A DNA stretch of 62,689 nt, the filler included, from a bacterium (GTDB lineage Bacteria; JAMORN01): NCBI GenBank assembly GCA_027063545.1. It is 11 parts of 11 records of this genome, joined end to end, with 100 filler letters (N's around TTAATTAATTAA, not from the genome) between each part and the next. Parts side by side here need not be neighbours in the genome. Positions count along the whole stretch, not along the records: positions 1 to 1,511 come from JAMORN010000111.1; positions 1,612 to 3,121 come from JAMORN010000112.1; positions 3,222 to 4,722 come from JAMORN010000113.1; positions 4,823 to 10,076 come from JAMORN010000114.1; positions 10,177 to 15,143 come from JAMORN010000115.1; 6 more parts are not named here. One strand, written 5' to 3'. Each line of letters opens with the position of its first letter. The first letter of the stretch is position 1. This document shows, piece by piece, positions 1-11,104 of the stretch. Under the pieces are notes generated by a model. It saw only the letters and a program-made list of their open reading frames with translations, did no database searches and was not told the DNA's origin. The position numbers and the translations under genes were made by a program.

Positions 1-982
1 TTGATCTCCATTCAGTTTCACCTTCATATTTTACTTTAGGAACCAATAAGTTTCCATCTTGATCGTATGATATTTTAAATTCTCTATAAGTATTATCATG
101 TAACATTTCTTTAAATATAATATATTGTAGATAATATGCTGTATATTTAATTGTAAAAGTTTGAGTTAACCAGCTACTTTCTAAGGTATTACAATTATAA
201 CTTGCTCCTATACAAACAAATACTTCGGAAGAATCTTGATAAATTTCTGTTGTATCTAGTACTGAGCTATCTTTTTTGGATGTTGCAGAAATTTCAAATA
301 TTTTTAAAAGATTTCTACCAATATCATTTAAAATATCATCATCTATTAATTCATACTCTTCGTCTGATTTTTCTGATATATTAATAGAAGCATTTATTTT
401 TTGATATGTTAAAATAGCATTTATAGTTATAGTCATTGTAAGAGAATCATCAAACATATTCTTTTCAAATATTCCTGTTATACCAATTTCCATATTTGAA
501 GAATCTATATTTACAACCTTTATAGATAAGTTTTCTTCATTTTCAAAAGATGAAAGTAAATTAATTCCATTTTCTGTAATTTTTAAAGAGTCTTCTTCTA
601 CAATTAAGAGAGTATTATCATCAAATAAGATTATCTTATAATAAAAAGATGAATCTATATTAATATATCCTTCAGTTTGATTTAATATAGGTAAAAGTTC
701 TTTTGCGGATGAATCGTCTAAATAAAATGAGGTATCAATATTTAAATTAGATATATTGGCATGTATAAATACTTCAGAAGAGGTTTCTATAAGCTGCCAG
801 TTACCTATAAAATATGAGGTATCTTTAATTTTAGTTTGGGCTAAAGTATCAGTTGTTGAGTCTAATGAGGTTTGAGTTGAGGTTGGATTTGGTTGTTCCT
901 CATCATTAGAGCAAGCCATCATTGATAACATTGTAATCATTATTAGAATGATAAAAAAAATATTTTTATTTTTAGATAACAA
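1..982 (-). CDS. Hypothetical lipoprotein, 3' end runs off the window (absent from the ORF track)
   Basis: AGGAGG RBS followed by TTG at 982. Translates MLSKNKNIFFIILIMITMLSMMAC-SNDEEQPNPTQTQT (lipobox-type Cys, Thr/Gln linker). No stop in the parts of the frame I translated (5' end and ~1-370). Confidence 0.75.
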   Translation of the reverse strand, partial: MLSKNKNIFFIILIMITMLSMMACSNDEEQPNPTSTQTSLDSTTDTLAQTKIKDTSYFIGNWQLIETSSEVFIHANISNLNIDTSFYLDDSSAKELLPILNQTEGYINIDSSFYYKIILFDDNTLLIVEEDSLKITENGINLLSSFENEENLSIKVVNIDSSNMEIGITGIFEKNMFDDSLTMTITINAILTYQKINASINISEKSDEEYELIDDDILNDIGRNLLKIFEISATSKKDSSVLDTTEIYQDSSEVFVCIGASYNCNTLESSWLTQTFTIKYTAYYLQYIIFKEMLHDNTYREFKISYDQDGNLLVPKVKYEGETEWRS

Positions 983-1038
983 TACCTCCTTTTTTATATA
1001 GTTTATTAATAAAATATTAAAAAAAAGGCTATTTTTCA

Positions 1039-1511
1039 ATGAATAAAATTTTTTCAATTCTTTTATCTCTGTTTATAAATATATGGCTATTTTTAATTAT
1101 ATTCTTTCCTTTATATAAGAAGTTTGCTTTTGTAGATAAAGGTGAAGTTAAAAAACTATATTTTCATGTTGTAAAATTAAATAATAAGTCTAAAAAAAAG
1201 ATTTTACCTAAAAAGTTAAAGATTAAAAGAAAAAATTATAAAATAATAAAAACAAAAAAAGATAAAGAAAAAAGTAATATTAAAGATAACTTTGTAAAGA
1301 ATAGCAATAGAAAGTTAACATTAAATAAAAACTTAAAAATCAACAAAAGCTTTTCTTATAAATCTTCAGAAATAGATACAATAGAAGTTAGTTATAATAA
1401 TCTAAAAAGTATGATCATAAAAAAAGTAAATCCTAGTTACCCTCCCAAAGCAAGGCTATTAGAAATAGAAAAGGATATTAATGTGAAGGTTGTTATAGAT
1501 ACCAATGGATA
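1039..1511 (+). CDS. TonB-family energy transducer, truncated at contig end
   Basis: N-terminal TM helix, Lys-rich linker, start of the TonB_C domain KKVNPSYPPKARLLEIEKDINVKVVIDTNG. Confidence 0.75.
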
Positions 1512-1611
1512 NNNNNNNNNNNNNNNNNNNNNNNNNNNNNNNNNNNNNNNNNNNNTTAATTAATTAANNNNNNNNNNNNNNNNNNNNNNNNNNNNNNNNN
1601 NNNNNNNNNNN
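1512..1611. other. Artificial contig linker
   Basis: N44-TTAATTAATTAA-N44, identical at all ten junctions. Confidence 0.98.
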
Positions 1612-1612
1612 A

Positions 1613-2059
1613 TATAAAGTAAATCCTGATAGTATAGAATCTTTTTATTTAGAGAATAGAGAAAAGAATAAAAAAATTGATATAGAGGTAAAAAGAGTTG
1701 GACAAGATAGTGTTATATATAAGGTAACTTATAATGACACATTAATAAAAAATATTAAAGAGGTTAATGTAAAAGCATATCTTACAACAATGTCAAGAAT
1801 TTTAATGTTTGATGTATTAAAAGACCCTCAAGATCCAAAAGAATATGAAGATTATAAGATTTCTTTAATTATAAGAACACCAAATAGGGTACTAGAATAT
1901 AGAATGAAAGAGTCTAAAGATAAAAATGATAATATTTATTATTTAGCAATGGATATGAAAACACACAGAGTTTTTAAGATGTCAAAATGGGTTGTAAATG
2001 GGTGGTTTAAAAAGAGGGATTATTTTGAAGAAGAGAAGAATACCTCCTCTAAAAAATAA
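1613..2059 (+). CDS. Hypothetical protein, C-terminal fragment
   Basis: The frame of ORF 1790..2059 is open back to the contig start (YKVNPDSIESFYLENREK...). No motif recognised. Confidence 0.6.
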   Translation, partial: YKVNPDSIESFYLENREKNKKIDIEVKRVGQDSVIYKVTYNDTLIKNIKEVNVKAYLTTMSRILMFDVLKDPQDPKEYEDYKISLIIRTPNRVLEYRMKESKDKNDNIYYLAMDMKTHRVFKMSKWVVNGWFKKRDYFEEEKNTSSKK

Positions 2060-2595
2060 TCAAGTTCAGAGGGGTTAGAAATAAGGATGTAGAGATTATT
2101 TAAAGAATAATAAGCGAATTTTTCTTTTATCATTTTGTTAAACATTTCTATAATAGGAGAAAAATAGTTTTTGTAATTGTATATAATAATAGGTTTATTT
2201 ATATAATTTAATTGTTTTTGGGCTAAAGCTTCAAATAGTTCATCTATTGTTCCAATACCGCCAGGCATTACAAGAATTATATCACTTTTTTCTATTATTA
2301 CTTTTTTTCTTTGGTAAAGGTCTTTTGTTATGATGTATTCAGATGAAGCTTCTTTATATCCTACTCCAAATTTATCAAGTTTTTCAGTAATAACACTAAT
2401 AATATCCCTTCTATATAAATGAAAAATATCAGCAAAAGCCTTCATAATCCCAATATTTCCACCCCCATATATAAGACTAAAACCTTTTTTAGCAAATATT
2501 TCAGCAACTTTTTGACTTTCAATAAAATAATCTTTTTCAATTTTATTTGAAGATGAGGCAAAAAGGCCTAAAAGTAGTTTTTTGTTTTCTTTCAT
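2020..2595 (-). CDS. LOG-family protein (TIGR00730-like nucleotide phosphoribohydrolase)
   Basis: LIYGGGNIGIM, RKKVIIEKSD and the PGGIGTIDELFE signature. Confidence 0.9.
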   Translation of the reverse strand: MKENKKLLLGLFASSSNKIEKDYFIESQKVAEIFAKKGFSLIYGGGNIGIMKAFADIFHLYRRDIISVITEKLDKFGVGYKEASSEYIITKDLYQRKKVIIEKSDIILVMPGGIGTIDELFEALAQKQLNYINKPIIIYNYKNYFSPIIEMFNKMIKEKFAYYSLNNLYILISNPSELDYFLEEVFFSSSK

Positions 2596-2617
2596 AATTC
2601 TAACCTCAAATTTACCT

Positions 2618-3121
2618 TTAACTATTTTGCATAAGATTAGTTATATGTTTTTTAAAAACTTCAATAGATTTTTTATTATATATTAATTTATTTTCTAAAG
2701 GTGTATTTAAAATCTTTTTAGATAATTCTTTGATTTTTTCTTTGTTTTTTAGAAGTTCTATAGTTTTTTCAATATATTCATCTACAGAGTAAACAACAAG
2801 TTCATTAAGCCCTATTTCCATAAGCGCTGCGCTTCCAGTATTTTGAAAACCACATTTCCCTCTTAAAGATATAAAAGGTGTTCCAACCCATAAACTATCA
2901 ACAACAACATTATATTCACCATAAGGAAATGATCCTAAAGCAATATCACATTGTTTTATAATGTTAAGATATTCTTCATAAGGTTTATATACGTATTGAA
3001 TCATGGATTCGCCGAAAATATTATATAATTCATCTTTGAGGATAGGGAGTTCTTGGGCAACTACACCGCCATATAAAATATGGAATCTAGTATAATATGG
3101 TAATTTATCTTTAATTTTTTT
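2618..3121 (-). CDS. GT41-family (HMW1C/SPINDLY-like) glycosyltransferase, C-terminal fragment
   Basis: PYEEYLNIIKQCDIALGSFPYGEYNVVVDSLWVGTPFISLRG and ELVVYSVDEYIEKTIEL. The frame appears open to the contig end. Confidence 0.7.
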   Translation of the reverse strand, partial: KKIKDKLPYYTRFHILYGGVVAQELPILKDELYNIFGESMIQYVYKPYEEYLNIIKQCDIALGSFPYGEYNVVVDSLWVGTPFISLRGKCGFQNTGSAALMEIGLNELVVYSVDEYIEKTIELLKNKEKIKELSKKILNTPLENKLIYNKKSIEVFKKHITNLMQNS

Positions 3122-3221
3122 NNNNNNNNNNNNNNNNNNNNNNNNNNNNNNNNNNNNNNNNNNNNTTAATTAATTAANNNNNNNNNNNNNNNNNNNNNNN
3201 NNNNNNNNNNNNNNNNNNNNN
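3122..3221. other. Artificial contig linker
   Basis: N44-TTAATTAATTAA-N44. Confidence 0.98.
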
Positions 3222-3877
3222 TCTATTAGGCTTCTTGTCGGCATATAACAGGGAACTATCCCCTCCTTCTCATAGTAAGGCGGAATTGTTCTATATAACG
3301 CTACTTTTTTTGTGTTTACATCAAATCTATCACACGGAAGCGGTTTTGAAGGAGTGGTTTCATCTATCATAAAACTCTTGTCTTTTCCAATTTCTTCAAT
3401 AATGAAATTTTTAATTTTTCCAAATCCCATATTGCCTTTTTTTCCTATAAATCTTACATTTTCTAAAAGATTGTTGATAATATCTTTGTTACCTTTTACA
3501 TAAAAATAAATATTATCAATAATTAATGCTTCCATTCCAAATTTAAAAGCTTTAAATTCCCCTCTTCCTGTATCTATTTTTTTACCTGTAAGCTCATATA
3601 TTCTTTTTTCTTCGGGTTTTTTAGTAATTATCACATTATATGGTAGAACTAAATTATCATCATTTTCTATATACCAAATACTACCACTTAATATTCCTTT
3701 TTGTTTATCAAGCCAATCAATTTTATCAATATAATCTTCCGTTTTTATAAAACCATCTATTTTCTTTTCCTTTCTTAAAAGATTGAAAAAAGAATTTAAC
3801 AGGATATTATCTATTGTTAAATATCTGTTTAGAATAACGGGTGTGGATAAATTAAACGTTATTTTTAAGTTTTCCAT
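3222..3877 (-). CDS. csf3: Type IV CRISPR-associated Csf3 (Cas5-group RAMP), truncated at contig end
   Basis: N-terminal LKITFNLSTPV...LTIDNILL, central IDTGRGEFKAF, FYVKGNKDIINNLL, G-rich loop IGKKGNMGFGKI, then KPLP and RTIPPYY...CYMP, in the order expected for Csf3. AAGGAG RBS. Confidence 0.8.
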
Positions 3878-3886
3878 AAATTCTCC

Positions 3887-4555
3887 TTAAATATTTTTTT
3901 CTTTAAGTTCGCCCCAACCTAATCCTATTTTATAACCTACAAATCTTGGAAGAGAATAATTTGAAGCCAATTTTAGATATACTGCTTGATATTTTTTTAA
4001 ACCTTCCTTATAATCTACTAACCTAATATCGTTTTCTTGAATAATTAAATTCAAATCATCTAAATAATCCAAGTCTATATTAAAATACTCTTTAGCAAAT
4101 AACTTGGTAGAATGAATTATTCTGTGTTGAATATATTTTATTAAGTCTTTTTTGTTTTGAGTATTTGTGGCATATACAATTTTATATTCTACGGGATTTG
4201 TTGATAATATGATAGGTGTTCGTGTTTGATAAAAATATAAACCCGGCTGTGGTATTGTAAAATCTTCGCTTTTTAATTCTATATCTTCTATCTTTATTTT
4301 TTTACCCCCTAAGAATATATTATTTTTTATACTCTCAAGCTTCTTTAATATATGATGCATTAATCTATAATCATTTATATAATTTATTATTTCAAATCCT
4401 TTTTTATAAGGCTTTGCGTAGATAATTTTTGGAGGTTTTCGTTTGTGCCACATTACCTCATCTTTAAATTCATTATCAACGATAGAGCCTAATAAATTTC
4501 TTATATCTCTTGGTTTTACGTTTTTAAGTTCTTTGGTTTTTACAAAAATTTTCAT
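3887..4555 (-). CDS. cas6: Cas6-family crRNA-processing endoribonuclease (Cas6b/Csf5-like)
   Basis: YQTRTPIIL strand and C-terminal G-rich loop LPRFVGYKIGLGWG. Lies between CRISPR repeats and csf3. The likely start is the ATG at 4555 (AAAGGA RBS), not 4588. Confidence 0.75.
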   Translation of the reverse strand: MKIFVKTKELKNVKPRDIRNLLGSIVDNEFKDEVMWHKRKPPKIIYAKPYKKGFEIINYINDYRLMHHILKKLESIKNNIFLGGKKIKIEDIELKSEDFTIPQPGLYFYQTRTPIILSTNPVEYKIVYATNTQNKKDLIKYIQHRIIHSTKLFAKEYFNIDLDYLDDLNLIIQENDIRLVDYKEGLKKYQAVYLKLASNYSLPRFVGYKIGLGWGELKEKNI

Positions 4556-4591
4556 ATCAAATCCTTTCATATTTATAAAATCTGTCATATT

Positions 4592-4689
4592 TTTTTATCC
4601 CATCATATATTTTTTATAAACAGAGAAATGGGTAATCTAGATTGGAGTTTTGAATACAACTTTAAACCAACCATATGTTCTTTATAAAC
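4592..4689 (-). CRISPR. CRISPR array remnant: repeat, 38-nt spacer, degenerate terminal repeat; probably continues beyond the contig end
   Basis: On the minus strand, 4689-4660 is GTTTATAAAGAACATATGGTTGGTTTAAAG, 4659-4622 is the spacer TTGTATTCAAAACTCCAATCTAGATTACCCATTTCTCT, and 4621-4592 is GTTTATAAAAAATATATGATGGGATAAAAA (23/30 identical, no gaps). Adjacent to cas6. A further 33 nt upstream could be a partial spacer. Confidence 0.7.
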
Positions 4690-4722
4690 AACTAACAAGC
4701 CTCTTTTTCAGGTCTGTTTTCT

Positions 4723-4822
4723 NNNNNNNNNNNNNNNNNNNNNNNNNNNNNNNNNNNNNNNNNNNNTTAATTAATTAANNNNNNNNNNNNNNNNNNNNNN
4801 NNNNNNNNNNNNNNNNNNNNNN
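4723..4822. other. Artificial contig linker
   Basis: N44-TTAATTAATTAA-N44. Confidence 0.98.
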
Positions 4823-4961
4823 AAGCAGGCCCTCCATAGTTTATAATAAAATCATTAGCCTTTTTTTTAGAGTTTTGTTCTGGAAAACTATCTATATAAT
4901 AAATCCAGTCAATAAAAACACCACCAAAATTTATAATCTTAAAATCACTTTTTTCTTTCAT
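4823..4961 (-). CDS. PfkB-family carbohydrate kinase, N-terminal fragment
   Basis: IINFGGVFIDWIYYIDSFP...YGGPA matches the PfkB N-terminus. Confidence 0.7.
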
Positions 4962-5532
4962 ATATTCCTTTTTCTGTTATTAAAATATCAAGTTGAAGGT
5001 CAAACTCATCTTCTTTAAAATCTAAATTTATAAAATTCTCCATAATAGGAGAAATTTTTATTGTATTATATTTTTTTATCTTAGAATAAAACCTATCATA
5101 ATAACCACCACCCATTCCAAGCCTAAAAAAATCTTTATTTATCCCAACAGAAGGGACCACCAAAACCTCAGGAATAGTTAAAGGAATGTTAGCCTTTTTT
5201 AAATTTTTTGATATATCAGGCTCTAAAATATTAAATTTTCCTACTTTTAAATTATCAAAGCTAAAAATTCTATAAAAATCCATATTTTTTTTATCAATAA
5301 CCTTTGGTAGATAAACTTCTTTGTCTTCTTTTAAAAGAAATAAAATAAAATCTCTAATATCAACCTCACTACCTACAGGATAATATAAAAAGAATATGGA
5401 AAAATCTTTTAATTTTTGATTGTAAAGATTAACTAGATTTCTATTTATAATAGATGAAATTTCTTTTAATTTTTCTTTTGGAATATCTTTTCTTAACCTT
5501 AAAATCTCTTTTCTTAAATATTTCTTTGTCAT
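4945..5532 (-). CDS. 5-formyltetrahydrofolate cyclo-ligase
   Basis: KKYLRKEIL, YYPVGSEVD, ILEP, VVPSVG, RLGMGGGYYDR. Confidence 0.92.
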   Translation of the reverse strand: MTKKYLRKEILRLRKDIPKEKLKEISSIINRNLVNLYNQKLKDFSIFFLYYPVGSEVDIRDFILFLLKEDKEVYLPKVIDKKNMDFYRIFSFDNLKVGKFNILEPDISKNLKKANIPLTIPEVLVVPSVGINKDFFRLGMGGGYYDRFYSKIKKYNTIKISPIMENFINLDFKEDEFDLQLDILITEKGIYERKK

Positions 5533-5563
5533 ATTTAGAATATAATTAATTATATTTGATTTT

Positions 5564-6715
5564 ATGAAACAAAAAAGGATTTTATATTTTGGAATTTATC
5601 AAAAAGATTACCCAAGAAATTATTTAATAATAGATGCACTAAGAGAAAATTTTTTTGTTGATGAATTAAACTATGATTTTTTTAAACAAACAAAAAATAT
5701 AGTAGGAGCATCAAAAAAAGAGAAAATAAAATTTCTATTTAAAGGCTTCTTTTTACTCTTTTTATATATTCTTTTAACTTTAAAGTTAATTCTTGTCCAA
5801 AGGCGTTACGATATAATATTTACAGGCTATATTGGGAGTTTAGATAATTTTGTTTTATCCCTTTTAAAAAGACTTAAAATAATAAGAAAAAAGGTTGTTG
5901 CAAATCCTTTGGTTTCTTTGTATGATACAATTGTTGAGGATAGAGGAATTATTAAATGTAGGTTTTTTTCTAATTTAATAATATTTTTTGAAGAGTTTAG
6001 TTTTAAGGGGGTAGATTTAATTATAATAGATACTTATGAGAATAAAAGATACTTTATAGAGAAATTTAATTTAGATGAAAATAAGGTTAAAGTAGTATGG
6101 GTTGGTGCTGATGAAAGATTTTTTTATAAAAAAGAGAGAGAAGATGAAAATAAAAATAAAGATAAAGTAAAAGTTTTATTCTTTGGAAAATATATTCCCC
6201 TTCATGGAATAGAGAATATAATAAAGACAATAGAACTTTTAGAGGAAAAAAAAGAGAGTTTTAAGTTTATTTTTATAGGTAGGGGACAATTATTTGAGTA
6301 TTTTCAAAAGGAATTTAAAAAATTAAAAGAAAAAGATTTTGATTTAGAAATAATAGAGTGGGTTGATTATGAAAAACTTAACAATTATATAAACAGTAGT
6401 GATATAGTTTTGGGTATTTTTGGGGTAACTCCCAAAGCAAAAAGGGTTATACCTAATAAAGTTTTTCAAGCAGTAGCAGTAGGTAAGGTTGTATTTACAG
6501 CAAAAACAAAAGCAATTTTAGAGTTTTTTAAAGAAGATGAGATTGTTTTGATAGATGAACCTTTCCCTGAGAATCTAAAAAAGCATTTTTTAGGCTATTT
6601 AGAAAATAAGGATTTTTATAAAAAGATAGGTGAGAAGGGATATTTAAAATTTAAAAAACTTGCTTCAAAAGAAGCGCTTTCTCAAATGTTAAAACAAATT
6701 TTATTGGAGTTGTAA
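5564..6715 (+). CDS. GT4-family glycosyltransferase
   Basis: LFFGKYIPLHGIENI and SDIVLGIFG...IPNKVFQAVAVGK, a GT-B C-terminal domain. Confidence 0.85.
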   Translation: MKQKRILYFGIYQKDYPRNYLIIDALRENFFVDELNYDFFKQTKNIVGASKKEKIKFLFKGFFLLFLYILLTLKLILVQRRYDIIFTGYIGSLDNFVLSLLKRLKIIRKKVVANPLVSLYDTIVEDRGIIKCRFFSNLIIFFEEFSFKGVDLIIIDTYENKRYFIEKFNLDENKVKVVWVGADERFFYKKEREDENKNKDKVKVLFFGKYIPLHGIENIIKTIELLEEKKESFKFIFIGRGQLFEYFQKEFKKLKEKDFDLEIIEWVDYEKLNNYINSSDIVLGIFGVTPKAKRVIPNKVFQAVAVGKVVFTAKTKAILEFFKEDEIVLIDEPFPENLKKHFLGYLENKDFYKKIGEKGYLKFKKLASKEALSQMLKQILLEL

Positions 6716-6760
6716 AAGTTATTATTTAATGATTATTTTTATTATAAATTAAGAATATAA

Positions 6761-9720
<2,960 letters not shown>

Positions 9721-9722
9721 TT

Positions 9723-10076
9723 ATGGTATTTGAAGAGAACTTAATTCAAAACATCAATGTAGAGGTGCCTATAAACAGAATTTTTGCAAGGATGGGATAT
9801 AATAGAAAACTAACCACACTACCAAAAGAAAAAGAGGGGGAGATTTTAAGAGTAATAGATGAGGCTGTTTTATATTGCGATAATAAGGGACTTTATAAAA
9901 TATTTGATTTTGAGTTTTGGGATAAAGGGATAGTTGTAGAGGGAGAGAAGATTGAGAGTTTAAATATTAAAAAACTTTTAGAAAATTCCCATAAGGTTGT
10001 TTTTATGGCTACCACAATAGGGAAGGATTTGGTTGCAGAAAGGGATAGGTTATTTAAGGAAGGTGATTCTTTTAGA
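9723..10076 (+). CDS. Stand-alone methionine synthase activation-domain-like protein, truncated
   Basis: IFARMGY...IESLNIKKLLENSHKVVFMATTIG resembles stand-alone Met_synt_B12 proteins. Confidence 0.6.
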
Positions 10077-10176
10077 NNNNNNNNNNNNNNNNNNNNNNNN
10101 NNNNNNNNNNNNNNNNNNNNTTAATTAATTAANNNNNNNNNNNNNNNNNNNNNNNNNNNNNNNNNNNNNNNNNNNN
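10077..10176. other. Artificial contig linker
   Basis: N44-TTAATTAATTAA-N44. Confidence 0.98.
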
Positions 10177-11019
10177 CTTATAAGCCATTATTAAAGCAGC
10201 AGCTATATCAATCTCAGCATCAGAAGCCGGAACACCCGGCTGTTTTACTACTACTTGCTCATAATCTCTATCATAGTAAGCTATCCAACTATAGAAAAAA
10301 TAATTACTCTGAGCCCATCCTAAATACTTCTCTGCATCTGTCCAAACACTATCAAATATAGGTTTATCACCCATAAGGACTGCTAGCATCATTCCATAAG
10401 CAACACCCTCAGATGTAAAAGCACCATTAGAATTAGCATAAGTATTATAATAATCAAAAACTAACCAGTTATCTCCTTTATAACGGCTAGAATTAGGTAA
10501 AATAAATGTTTTTCTAAAATGTCTCCATAAACTTTGAGCTATTTCCCACCATTGCTCAGAATTTGTTGATTTATAACTTGTTAAAGGTACATTATAATTA
10601 TCTGGAGTATATATTGTTGGGTCAAACTCTGAAGTATTATGCGATGTATTGTCTGAGGTATCATCTTCTGTGGTTGTATTATCAGAAGAGTTATCTTCAT
10701 TTGTAGAAGCATTATCTGTATTGTCTGTGTTATCTGTTGTATTATCATTATTTGTGGTTGTATTATCATCATTAGATGTAGAGTTACTATTATTAGTATT
10801 ATCCTTCTCAGATGTATTATCTGCTGTATTATTATCCTGTTGGTTATCTTCTTCTGTGGTAGAAGTATTGTTATCTGTTGTATCATATTGATTTGATATA
10901 TCAATTACTATAGGGTTATCTTCTGTTTGGGTTGTTGTTTTTTCTTCAGAATCAGAACAACTTAAAAGATAAAATGAAAGTATTATAAACATAATAAACA
11001 CATATAAACTTTTCTTCAT
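10177..11019 (-). CDS. GH8-family glycoside hydrolase lipoprotein, truncated
   Basis: Lipobox LLSC, long D/N/T/S linker, GH8 motifs TSEGVAYGMMLAV and ASDAEIDIAAALIMA. The AGGAGG RBS favours the ATG at 11019. Confidence 0.85.
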
Positions 11020-11104
11020 ACACACCTCCTTTTTTTATATTTGCCTAATCTATTAGAAAAAAATAAATTATTGAAATGATTATAAAAAATTTTTCTATGA
11101 TTTT

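Noticed and set aside
4556..4591. Possible third CRISPR repeat (TTTTATAAATATG...) and ORF-track start of cas6 at 4588
   Set aside because: The match is short and AT-only, with wrong spacing. The AAAGGA RBS supports the ATG at 4555 instead.
4690..4722. Minus-strand peptide ENRPEKEAC-stop as the end of an upstream gene
   Set aside because: Only 9 codons, and the length fits a truncated spacer equally well. Not called, though it cannot be excluded.
2618..5532. Apparent neighbourhood of the cas genes with the GT41, PfkB and folate cyclo-ligase genes
   Set aside because: They are separated by linkers at 3122-3221 and 4723-4822, so they are on different contigs and cannot be called accessory genes of the CRISPR system.
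10581..10904. ORFs 10581..10904 (-) and 10649..10891 (+), and the GTATTATC-type repeats
   Set aside because: Alternative-frame shadows of the low-complexity D/N/T linker of the GH8 gene. The spacing is irregular and codon-based, so not CRISPR.
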